DNA of 64,000 bases. Source: Octopus sinensis (lineage: Eukaryota). The notes under the pieces were generated by a model, which was given only the letters and a program-made list of their open reading frames with translations, was not told the DNA's origin and searched no databases. The position numbers were made by a program, and so were the translations under genes. How positions within the stretch are numbered: the first letter of the stretch is position 1; the number at the start of each line of letters is the position of its first letter. Location: assembly GCF_006345805.1 (NCBI RefSeq), contig NC_043015.1, positions 26,598,001 to 26,662,000 on the forward strand, written 5' to 3'. This document shows, piece by piece, positions 52,792 to 64,000 of the stretch.

Positions 52792-55700
52792 GTGCTTGGA
52801 GCTAGGACAAAATCTGAAAAGCAGACTGAAAACCCTGCACCAGCAAACAAAGGAAAAACAAACACCCAGTCACCAGTCTTGCGACTGGCCACCTGGAATG
52901 TCAGTACCATGTGCCCTGGCATCATTGACGATCTACGACAGATGAACGACAGTAGGAAGACAGCAGTCATCAACACCGAATTGAAAAGGCTGAACATCGA
53001 CATAGCGGCGCTGCAAGAGACCAGGCTCGCCGCAGACGGCATGCTACGGGAGAAGGACTACACCTTCTACTGGCAGGGGAGACCCGTCGAGGAGGCCCGC
53101 CAGCATGGCGTTGGGTTTGCCGTGAGGAACAGCTTGCTCCCCATGGTGATCCCTCCTTCAAATGGCTCAGAGCGCATCCTCACTCTTAACCTTGCAACAT
53201 CAACGGGGAAGGCAAACATAATTAGTGCTTATGCCCCAACACTCCACTCTCCTCAGGAAATAAAAGACCGGTTCTATGAGGAGCTCGACGCCACCAGCAG
53301 CCAGATACCAGGGTCGGAGCCCATCTTCCTTCTGGGCGACTTCAACGCAAGGGTGGGATCCGATCATGGGGCATGGCCAGATTGCCTTGGACGCTTTGGC
53401 GTGGGGAAGGTGAATGAGAATGGCCAGAGACTGTTGGAGCTTTGCTCTTACCGGAAACTCTGCGTTTCCAACACATTCTTCATGACTAAGCCGCATCACC
53501 AGGTCTCATGGAGGCACCCAAGGTCCGGACACTGGCACCAACTGGACATGGTCATCACCCGGCGAACCCACCTCGGCAGTGTGCTTCTCACACGCAGCTA
53601 CCATGGTGCTGACTGTGATACAGACCACTCTTTGGTGTGCAGCAGGGTCCGATTGGCCCCAAAGAAAATCAACCGTCCCGTAGGGAAAAGCCGCCCACGC
53701 ATCAACACCGCCAGGACAACCAACCCCGACCTCAGCTCGGAATTCACCAACCGCATGGAGGAGGCCCTTAAAGATCACGCAGCCACGTCCATTGAGGAGA
53801 GATGGCAGATTATTCGCGACACCACTTGCAGAATAGCCATGTCATCCCTAGGAAAGAGGGAGCGGAGAAATCAAGACTGGTTTGAAGCTCACCTGCCTGA
53901 GATGGAGCCTGTCATTGCTGCCAAGAGGGAAGCACTGGTCAACTATAAGCGCGACCCATCAGAAAAGAACCTGGCTACTCTGAGAACAGCCAGAAGCGAC
54001 GCCCAGAGGACGGCCAGACGTTGCGCCAACGTCTACTGGCAGAACTTATGCCAGAACATCCAGTGCTGTGCTGACAGTGGTAACGTGAAAGGGATGTACG
54101 AGGGGATGAAGAAAGCATTCGGGCCCACTGTCAGAAAGGTTGCTCCACTGAAGTCCAGAGATGGCGAGGTCATCGAGGACCAAGCGAAGCAGATGGAGAG
54201 GTGGGTCGAGCATTACCAGAACCTCTACTCCACTGAGAATGTGGTCACCAGGTCTGCCCTCGCCGGCATTCCTGCTCTGCCTGTCATGGAGGAGCTTGAC
54301 CTGCCTCCAACAAAGGAAGAACTGAGCAAAGCAATTGACTCACTCGCTCGGGGCAAGGCACCAGGGCAAGACGGCATCCCCGCAGAAGTCATCCAGTGCG
54401 GGAAGCCAGCCCTTTTGGGCCATCTCCACGAGCTGCTCTGTCAGTGCTGGGAGGAGGGCTCTGTCCCTAAGGATATGCGTGACGCAAACATCATCACACT
54501 GTATAAAAACAAAGGGGACAGAAGCGACTGCAATAATTACAGGGGCATATCACTGCTCAGCACTGTCGGTAAGGCATTTGCCAGGGTGGTCCTGAAGAGG
54601 TTGCAAATACTTGCAGAGCGTGTGTACCACGAGTCTCAGTCTGGCTTTAGGGCAGAGAGGTCTACAATTGACATGATCTTCTCACTCAGGCAGCTTCAAG
54701 AAAACAGTCGAGAACAGAGACAGCCCCAATACGTGGCCTTCATCGACCTGGCTAAGGCGTTCGACTCAGTCAGCAGGGAGGGGCTGTTTACGCTCCTGGG
54801 TAGGATAGGTTGCCCTCCCAGACTGCTGAAACTCATCACCTCCTTTCACGACGGTATGCAGGGAACAGTGCAGTTTGACGGATCGCCCTCGGAGTCATTC
54901 CCCATCCAGAATGGAGTGAAACAGGGTTGCGTTCTGGCGCCGACGCTCTTCGGAATTTTCTTCTCCCTTGTCCTGTCCTATGCCTTCAGAACGTCCGACG
55001 ACGGAGTGTTCCTCCACACCAGGGCTGATGGTGGATTGTTCAATCTTGCGCGCCTCAGAGCTAAGACCAAAGTCCGTCAGGTGCTGATCAGAGAGATCCT
55101 CTTTGCTGACGATGCCGCCCTAACATCACACAACCAACCGGGTCTCCAGAGGCTGGTCAGCTCCCTGGCGGATGCCTGCCAAGAGTTCGGCCTTACCATC
55201 AGCCTGAAAAAGACAGAGATCATGGGCCAGGACGTCGGAGGGGTCCCCAGCATCAGTGTCGGCGACCACAGCTTGCAGGTGGTGAACGAGTTCACTTACC
55301 TGGGATCGACGGCCTCCAGCAGCCTGTCCCTCGAGCCGGAGCTGAACAGGCGGATTGGGAAGGCTGCTGCTGCCATGGCTAAGCTCTCCAGGAGAGTGTG
55401 GGAAAACAACATGCTCACAATAACCACCAAGATCGCAGTGTACCGAGCCTGCGTGCTGAGCACCCTACTCTACGGCAGCGAGAGCTGGACAACATACACT
55501 CGGCGGCTTCCACATGCGGTGTCTTCGACGGATCCTTGGCATCTCCTGGAAGGACCGAGTACCAAACGGAGTCATCCTGGAACAGACTAATATGCCAAGC
55601 ATGTATGCCCTCCTCGTGCGGAGACGACTGCGCTGGCTCGGACACGTCTGTCGTATGCAGGACGGTCGCATGCCTAAAGACATCCTGTACAGCGAACTCA

Positions 55701-56026
55701 CCACGGGATCCCGACCCAAGGGACGTCCACAGCTACGATACAGGGACGTGTGCAAGCGCAACCTGAGGACTGCCAACATCTGTGTGGACACGTGGGAGGA
55801 AACAGCTGCTGACCGCTCTGCCTGGCGTCGGACGGTGAGGAAAGGCGTTTCCATGGCTGAGGAGAGGAGAGCACAGCTGTGGTTGGACAGGCGGGACAGA
55901 AGGAGGACAACTGCAGCAACACCCCACACGTACCCATCGATGTTCGTGTGCAGCAACTGTACCAAGGACTGCCACTCTAGAATTGGACTGTTCAGTCACA
56001 GCAGACGCTGCACATCATCAAAGTAG
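52792..56026 (+). pseudogene. RTE ORF (APE endonuclease, RT, zinc finger) with one frameshift near 55504
   Basis: TWNV, AALQETR, GVGF, AYAPT, LGDFNAR, DTDH, NYRGISLLS, FIDLAKAFDSV, GVKQGCVLAP, LFADD, YLGS. It continues in another frame as MRCLRRIL...RLRWLGHV.RM...CSNC..DCHSRIGLFSHSRRC. Confidence 0.93.
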
Positions 56027-56077
56027 ACCCCACCCTTGGCGCAACCCATTGTCTATCAAGACAGACGGGGATAAAGA

Positions 56078-56114
<37 letters not shown>

Positions 56115-56124
56115 GAATTTCGTA

Positions 56125-56400
56125 AACAGGAACTGAAACAAATTAATCCTATATATATGTATGTATATATGTAAGTGTATGTGTGTGTCTTTGTCTCTGT
56201 GTTTCGCCCTCATCACTGCTTCACAACTGCTCTTCATTCATTTAAATCCCCATAACTTACTGGTTTCACAAGAACAAACTAATATAATAAGTACCAGGCT
56301 TATCAACATAAAAAACCCACTAGGCTGTGTCTCATAATTTTGTTTGCCCACTCACTTGTATCTATCAATTTATCTTTGTATGTGTGTGTTTGTATATATC
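56125..56400 (+). repeat. Diverged direct duplicate of 51680-51955
   Basis: Shared blocks CCCTCATCACTG.TTCACAACTG, CCCCATAACT.ACTGGTTTC, AATAAGTACCAGGCTTATCAA and TTGTTTGCCCACTCA.TTGTATCT. Confidence 0.85.
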
Positions 56401-56402
56401 AA

Positions 56403-56452
<50 letters not shown>

Positions 56453-58679
56453 ACACCCTAATGGGGGCCTTAACTCCCAAATTTTAGTCAGTTCTTTTAT
56501 GATTCAAAACTAGGTCAAAAGTACTGAATGGATCTTTATGAAATTTGGAAATTATATTCTATGCATAAGGACCACAACCCCCATAACAATTCATATATTT
56601 TTGCTGTTGATGACATTTTAACCATAGATATTAGACACAAATGAAGTAATATTTATAAAATTTCATCTTCTTACAGGTTAGAAAGACCCCTCCATGGGAA
56701 CTTAACACCCACAATTTTGTCATCTAAGCAAAGACGAATACAGTTGAACTCTTGGAAGCTGTAGTGTTACCCGTGCACAAAATATGAGCATTATTTGTAA
56801 TTCAATGGTACAAGTGTAACAGTTTGCTTTGACATACACTTACATTGTGATTTCTGCAATGTGATGCATAAATTGTCAAGTAAATGAGAGGCATCTTTGC
56901 CTCCACTGATTCAGTTGCAAAGTGTTGAGTAAAGTTATTTGATTGCAGACCTCCTTTCAGTCTTTTTATTATCACTGGTTCACACTTAGTCCCCAGATGT
57001 TAACATTGATTTCAAGGCCTTCCCAGATGAGTGACTGGTTATTCAAAGACATTTATAGATTGCAAATTTATTCTGTCCAGTTACGTATAGTATAGTGGTC
57101 ATTTGCAAACTCCAGAGGTGACAGTTTCATTTCTCCTTAGCCCTCACGCCACATAGTTGTTAATGTTTATTTCAGTTGGGTCACGCCCTTCTAATTACTA
57201 TAGATTCGTAATGCATCTTACCGCTGTGCCTGTCACCTTGATGATGAGGAATCCTACATTAGGAGTGGTGACGACTAGGGTACTGTAGCTGACTGCTTAT
57301 TGTGAACATTCGTCTTTTGGTTTCCTGTAGCTTTGCTCTCTTTTACAAACCCGGTGAACATATATTTCCTATTTCAAAGAAATTCAAACAATAGATATAA
57401 GACCCAAGTTAAAAAGATTCTCAACAATTCAACTTCTCTTGTTGACATTAAGATGCCCACCCCCAACGGGGGCCTTAACTCTCACATTTTAGAGTCCATC
57501 ACCTTCATTTTTCAGGAGTAAAATCTTTTTAACAGGTTCAATACGACTGGAATTTTGGAATATGCACATAAAAATCAGTAGTATTGGATACTGTGGCAAG
57601 ATTACAATTTTTTTAAGGTGTGTAAAGAGGGAAATAACCCTCACCTGCAATTTTGATGAAATTCAACACATAGATATTCCAGTTCATTACAGAAAATATA
57701 ACAGAAAAGGCTAATTCTTAAATTGCACATAACACGGGCAGCACCGGGTATCTCTGCTAGTTAACTATAAAGACGGAATACTTTTGATCATTTGTCTACC
57801 TCTTCGTGGTTAAACTGGAATTAAGCAACAAAAACAAATTCCTAAGTGATTGAGAGACATACTAGAGAAATTAGTCAGGTTTCCCTCCCCCTATACTCAC
57901 GTATAATGGGGTCTCGTACGATGAAATAGCCTTCTCACATTTAATTTACAGGGTGTTGTCACAAAATTCAACGATTGTTGTCACAAAATTCAATGAATGT
58001 ATGTTCAAGAAGAGTTCACTTGTCTGAACATTAGGTGTTCTGCACTCAGAAATATATTTGTTGGGTCCGGGAGAGAAAATACATTCCGTCTTTTTAAATA
58101 AGTTATTTTGTACAAGAAGTTTCTAACGATACCATAACTTTCTCTGATTTCTGGATCCCAGGGGAGAACGTTCTAATTGAAAATACTCTGACGTTTAACA
58201 AATAACAACAGGCGTTTATCTGAGTGTGTATGTATGCGACAAAGACTGAGAGAGAGTCTGCGTGCGTGTGTACTTCTGTATCTACATATTATCATATATT
58301 ATGCATATGATATATATGTATATACATATATATATATATAGAGAGAGAGAGATGGATAGATAAATATACATACATACATACATATACATATAGATATACA
58401 CACATAAACACATACATACGCATAAACCCAAGCATTAAACCCTACCCACTGCTTGATTGATTAGAAAAAAGTATTCAAATGCTAACAGAAGAGAATTTGC
58501 TCGAGGCCAATTCCTCAACAATCCTTAATGTTCAAATATATGACAGCTTCTAGAAGCAGCAAATTTTTACACCAACACCCCACACCACCCTCGCCCCTAG
58601 GGCATTGTGCTCAGTCCTTACCTACCACTTTTAAAAATTACCTTTCCCTGGTAACAATTCCCGGTTTCAAAATTACCTA

Positions 58680-58883
58680 AACATACATACATACATGCAT
58701 ATATACATACATACATACATATATATATATATATGTATGTATATGCATATATACATACATACATATATATATATGTATGTATATATATATATATGTATGT
58801 ATGTATATGTATATATATATATACATATACATACATACATATATATATATATATTATATATATATATATATACATATACATAC

Positions 58884-58942
<59 letters not shown>

Positions 58943-58962
58943 TATATACATATACATACATA

Positions 58963-59050
<88 letters not shown>
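58680..59050. repeat. (TA)n/(TACA)n microsatellite, one of many such tracts in the window
   Basis: Seen directly. Confidence 0.95.
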
Positions 59051-59052
<2 letters not shown>

Positions 59053-60244
59053 CTTTTACTGGTTTTAGCCCGAGGCACCGCCTTTAGTGTTATTGGTTTT
59101 TATTTCAAATCTACTTGCGGATACTCACTGCAGGACTGTACATAGAAATATATAAAAAAAACTACATCATGTTTTATGCACTTTTACTGTCTTTTATAAA
59201 TTTGAATTACAGGCATACACACGCATGCACACGCACGCACGCAACCACACACACTCATAAACACACACATACAGACGCGGAAACCACCTTTTCTGTTAAA
59301 CATATTAAAATCACAACAAACACAACTGTGTCTTTGCTTTTGTCTATTTTATTTATGTATCACTTTATTCTATTCATTTATTTATATATTTACATGTCTC
59401 TTGCAGTTCAGTTTGTTTGCAGCAGTAAAGTTCATAGGTTCAACGAAGTTTCCAGAAATTCACACTCCTCTCTGTATGAAGTAACTGATGTTGATACATC
59501 CATTAATGGAATTTTATAGCTTGTAGCTTTTGTACATCACATCATCAGTGTTAATGTATGTTTGTCTGTAATGTATTTTCTGTGTTATGATACTTTTGAG
59601 TGGAGGTACGTAGTCTGGTGGTTAGTGGTGTTTGGCTCAGGAGCATAAAGACGTGTGTTCAATTTCTGTTTGGTTGAGCAAGCAGTTCCGTTCACGTTGC
59701 TCCATTCTGTGCAGTCATAATGAGTCCCATCCGTCTGCTGGTGTCACCTGTTTCACATTCTCGATGTCTCACTGAACCAAGAGTATTTTTACCTGCTTAT
59801 GTAGTGTAGTTAGACTGTGTGCCGCCCTAAACAGCGCTTGAGTTCTCCCCACGGACAATACAGCCTAAATGGCTTACACAGCAGACCCAAATATGCCAGC
59901 CTTATAAAAGTACCGGCTGTGGGAGACCGTCATCCTTGCTTCCACCCTTTTCATTCTCGCTCCGACCTCCATAGCTACCCTATTAGAGTCCCAACTAAAA
60001 TATTGAGCAAAAACCCTACAACATCTTATCGCCCCATATTCGCTCGCGGCTGATTTATGATTGTTACACTTTATCACTCTTATAGTTATATTTCAGGCAC
60101 TATCTATTCTAAAACAGGTTTACCTTTAATTCGTGTAATATACTTTAATTGCAATGCATATTTTTATCTTGATTTTCTTCATTGGACTGCGGCCATATTT
60201 TGTGAAAGGCGTCTAAGCTGTTATTGTTTCTGGTTAAGGTGAGT

Positions 60245-61850
60245 GCAGTTTAGTCCACGAATCTTATTTTCGTGAGATCCAGTTGTGAGATTCTGCTTTG
60301 TGTGCCATAGCTTGAGATTCTATCGCTTTTGGGCCATTTGGTGCTTAGGAAGTTGAATTCACCAATAAGATGTGCAATAATGTCTTGATCCAGTTTTGTT
60401 AGTATTTCTTTTATCATTGTAAGATTTCCCTTCAAATTCATCATCGTGATTTCAAGCATCGGAGGGGACTGGCATACAATGTGCATATTATCACATCAAA
60501 ACGCTGTAAACTTGCTATGAGCATGTCACAGGCATAATTTGGATGTAAAAACAAGGTTAATTGTGTGACATCCTCACGAACGTGCATTGTGACTCCACTG
60601 TGATGTTCTTTGTCTATACACAGTATCTTCAGTATGTCTATCTCTGCATCACTTATGCCTGCAGAGAGATGTGATTCTGTAGGTGCAATGCATATTGCTT
60701 GATTGATTGCATGCAGAAAGATGCCTCGAGTAGGCAATTTTTGCCTTTACCGTTAGTTACTTCACTAGTAGAATTCGTGTAATAACCAGCTTGGAGGTAA
60801 TGGTTCCCATTACCTGGGAGGTAGCTTATGTTAGTGTGTGTGTTTGTGTGTGTGTGTGTGTGTGTGCGTGCGTGTGTACGTGAGAGTTTGTGTGTATTTG
60901 CATGGTTTAAATTTGTTTGTAACCATGCCAACCGCTGCATTAACTTTTGTGCATCACTTGCTGTTCTACTGTTGCAAATCGCATGGAATCTGCACGCAGC
61001 TTTTTGGTGGTCTTCTTCACTCAGAATGTACAATGGGTTATAGATTCCTTTGGGTTTTATTTGAGCCTAGTTTGCTGGCTAGATGGAATTAGTTCCGTTC
61101 TGTCTGAGCTTTGAATGTGCAAAACAGCAGTAAAGACCCAAATTCTCCATCGCAACAGACACCTTTTATATAGAATTTGCTGATGGCCGTGCTTCCTCTA
61201 CTCTTTTTCCTGTTTCTTTTTACTTTCAGTTGTTTTAGCTTTAACATTAAATCTAGTTTCATTAGCCTTTCGGCTGCTTAGCTTTTCTTCTTCGCTGCTT
61301 AGATTGTTTGGGGTTGCTTCTCTTGGAGACTTTCTTTTCAGCTTATTCACCTCTGTGGATATCTTCGTTAACAGGTCCACAGGTGATTGCATTGTTGTTA
61401 CATTCCTTATTGGGCTTTTCGCATGGTGATTCAACATTGGTACCGTTCTCTGTTTCAAGCGTCTCACTTAGAAATCTACGATTCTTGAAAATGGTGTCTA
61501 CTTCGTTAGGCATGGCCTGACAAGTGCATAGAGACACATAAACAATATTTTTCTGCTCTAATTGTACTGCTGATCTGGTAAATCCGTGGCTTTTCTGGAC
61601 AGCTGCAATAAGGATTTTGGGTGAATCACATTCTGTTTTGATCCATGCTAGGAGGAACAGTTCTATTATATCATAATTATTCCTGTCTACTGATTTCGTA
61701 ATTGCATTACTTATCTCTTTCTTCGTGATATGGGACTGCAACAGTTTATATGAGCAGAGAGAGAGAGAGAAACAAAGAAAAAGAGCGTGAAAGAACGAGA
61801 GACAGAAGGAATTATGGAATAGTGACGAAGTGTGCAGAAGCAACCACATG
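60245..61850 (-). mobile_element. Degenerate CR1-like LINE 5' part (ORF1 remnant and APE endonuclease)
   Basis: ICIAPTESHLSAGISDAEIDI...SGVTMHVRE...IICTLY.SP and LIGEFNF match CR1 APE motifs. Upstream there are Lys- and Cys-rich ORF1-like fragments. Confidence 0.65.
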
Positions 61851-62280
61851 GCTAGAATTAAGAGTTAAAGTACTCTTAATGCTGTAAGAAGTGTGAAAAT
61901 GTATACGTACGTTCACTGGAGAGGTAACCGCCCCATGACTGTCTCGAGGGCCAACCAGCCTAAGCTTAGTTTCTTCAATATTGTAGGCATCGTCAGTGGT
62001 GACTGCTAGAGCGGCTCATGTTTGGCTGATTCCGTCTGCCAGCATATATTTACCATAAACATTTATGGATGATTTTGTGAAATGCTAATGCGTATTATAA
62101 AATATTAATATAAACATCCAGACGCAATGGGATGCCATAGAGGAAAAATAAAATCGTCACTAACAGTGACTAACGGTACCGAAGCACATACATTGCTAGA
62201 AATAAGAGTTAATATACACTTGATGTTGTAGGAAGAGCCCAAATGTAAACATATGCTGATATATTTTTGTATGTATGTCG

Positions 62281-62317
<37 letters not shown>

Positions 62318-62499
62318 TCTGTGTGCGTGCGCGCGTAGTGTACATATGTATATAATTAAAGTTTAGATTGAAATCTTAAATTTTAAAATTGATACTGCGT
62401 TTTGGGTATGTCCTTAGTAGTATCACCGTTGTGACAGGTGAAGTTTCCAGTACATTCAGTCTTCTATTATAATATATATCTTTTTTATTCGTTTCAGCT

Positions 62500-63180
62500 G
62501 TGCGGCTACCATTATACTGGAGTACCACTCTGATTTTGCACTTTGACATATAATTCTTCTTTGACTGATTTCTTCAGTTTGGTGCATGAGAGGGTTTCAA
62601 ACAAGCTGCCGTCATCTGTACCTCATGCCAAGCTATTTGTTCATACGGGTTTGTGGAGAAGAGAGTGTCTGGCTCCTTTTAGAAGACATCCATGCCCATA
62701 TTGTGTAGGTTTCTCAACTAGATAAGAGCTGTGTGCCTTTGAACCCTAAGCTATTGGGGTACCTGGTCCTGAATGGAGTGGACAGTAAGTTTGGTAAAAC
62801 GTAACGCCGTCCAGTTTGGGCATTTGTATAAAACTCGATGCCGAAATTAGGTACCAGCTCTTCCAGAATTTTCTATATATAAATTATAACTTACCTATCG
62901 CGCCTTCGCTCCAAGGGGCGAAGTCGAAGTCTTTTTCGCCCCTCCTTGATGCTCATCTGCTGCACCGTTACCATCTTTTTAGCGTAGTAACGTTGGACCG
63001 CTGTTAGTCGGTCACTGCGTGCTGACCATAGCGGAGAGCAGTCGTCCGGGCGGACCAGAACAAGATCCTCCACAAGGTCTCTTGTCTTGAAGGACCTTAA
63101 CATCCATCCTTCAAATTCACAGCATTTTGCTGCCAACTTGCTAATGTGCGTATGAAATCATGCCTCGTTACACATACTGA
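62500..63180 (-). mobile_element. CR1-like LINE 3' remnant (RT C-terminus)
   Basis: GWMLRSFKTRD..LV..DDCSPLWS....VQRYY...LRLRPLERRRDR matches the CR1 pattern DYCS.LW...QR...LERRR. Confidence 0.8.
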
Positions 63181-63185
63181 TCCCC

Positions 63186-63263
<78 letters not shown>

Positions 63264-63273
63264 CATAGATAGA
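63186..63273. repeat. (GATA)n microsatellite
   Basis: Seen directly. Confidence 0.95.
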
Positions 63274-63732
63274 TGTACGCCTATGTATATACATATGTTT
63301 ATATATATATTGTACGTGTATATATAGATGTATGTGATACATACATGCACATATGTATAGATATAGTTATATGAGTTACCTATATGTGTATATGTACTTG
63401 TGTACATAATGTAATGTAACGATGCGCATATACACTCATATGGTCACAGACCTAATTTCAGGTGATTATATATTATCCAATGTCTTGTATAATTTGGCTG
63501 TTATTTTTAACACATTGAACGACTGTCTGGAGAAACTCCGTCAACTGTGGATTATTTGATTTGCAAGAGATGGCATCTAATAATTATATTTCTCATTAGC
63601 ACTCTGAGTTTCATAACTAATATTTTATGTTTAATTATTATTGTACATATAAACATATTTATGCGTATATTTGTATACATATATACATAATTATATATGA
63701 ATATTTACACTTATATCTATGTATATATACAT

Positions 63733-63768
<36 letters not shown>

Positions 63769-64000
63769 TGAATTTATATGAACGCCTACACACACACACA
63801 CACAAGCACACATATATGCATATGCACGTTTACCTATTTATGCGTGTAGGTGTAGGTGTCTATATATAGACACCTACATAGAAGCATACACGTGTTTTAT
63901 GATAACTAGTGTGCTCAATTAATTTTCTTCCAATTAATCAGTAATATTTTCCAGCTAATTATGTCAAATATTCTTGCATGACTCAATCAAGAAGCTATTT

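Larger units (their letters stand above)
52048..56077 (+). mobile_element. Near-intact full-length RTE-clade LINE
   Basis: A GC-rich island between two (TA)n tracts, with a 5' UTR of about 740 nt, a single APE-RT ORF, a C-terminal zinc finger and a short 3' UTR. Confidence 0.95.
51098..57760 (+). mobile_element. Non-autonomous Helitron termini enclosing a SINE, a duplicated block and an RTE LINE
   Basis: 5' end A|TCTATATATAT..AAAA followed by (CTGT)n; 3' end has the GC-rich CACGGGCAGCACCGGG then CTAG|T. Pairing the two ends as one element is inferred. Confidence 0.55.

Noticed and set aside
51680-56400. Direct repeats flanking the RTE read as LTRs or a target-site duplication
   Set aside because: They are far more diverged than the RTE is decayed, overlap a SINE tail, and lack TG..CA ends; the RT is non-LTR type.
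62891-63136. GC-richer ORF ending at an apparent splice donor (AG|GTAAGT on the minus strand), taken as a possible host exon
   Set aside because: The translation matches the CR1 RT C-terminus (CSPLWS...QR...LERRR) and LINE similarity continues past the putative donor.

Overview
AT-rich, microsatellite-dense eukaryotic DNA with no host protein-coding exon I can support. The repeat landscape (tRNA-derived SINEs, (TA)n/(GATA)n/(CA)n arrays) looks like an octopus or coleoid cephalopod genome; this is an inference. The window is made of transposable elements. It holds two tandem Tx1-clade LINEs sitting inside (GATA)n arrays, and a near-intact GC-rich RTE LINE apparently nested in a non-autonomous Helitron. 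It also has Penelope-like elements (GIY-YIG), an R4/Dong-like RLE LINE beside (TAA)n, CR1 remnants, a Helitron Rep remnant, a mariner remnant, MITEs and SINEs. The most notable signal is a set of self-cleaving ribozyme motifs read by eye. (i) An 850-bp near-perfect fold-back (6443-7292) carries a type I hammerhead in each arm, so either transcription direction gives a ribozyme, and three more hammerhead-like motifs follow within 800 bp. (ii) A canonical hammerhead lies at the 3' end of a Penelope element. (iii) An HDV/CPEB3-like ribozyme with essentially no P4 begins at the first nucleotide of the RTE element. Most ORFs in the supplied track are microsatellite translation artefacts.
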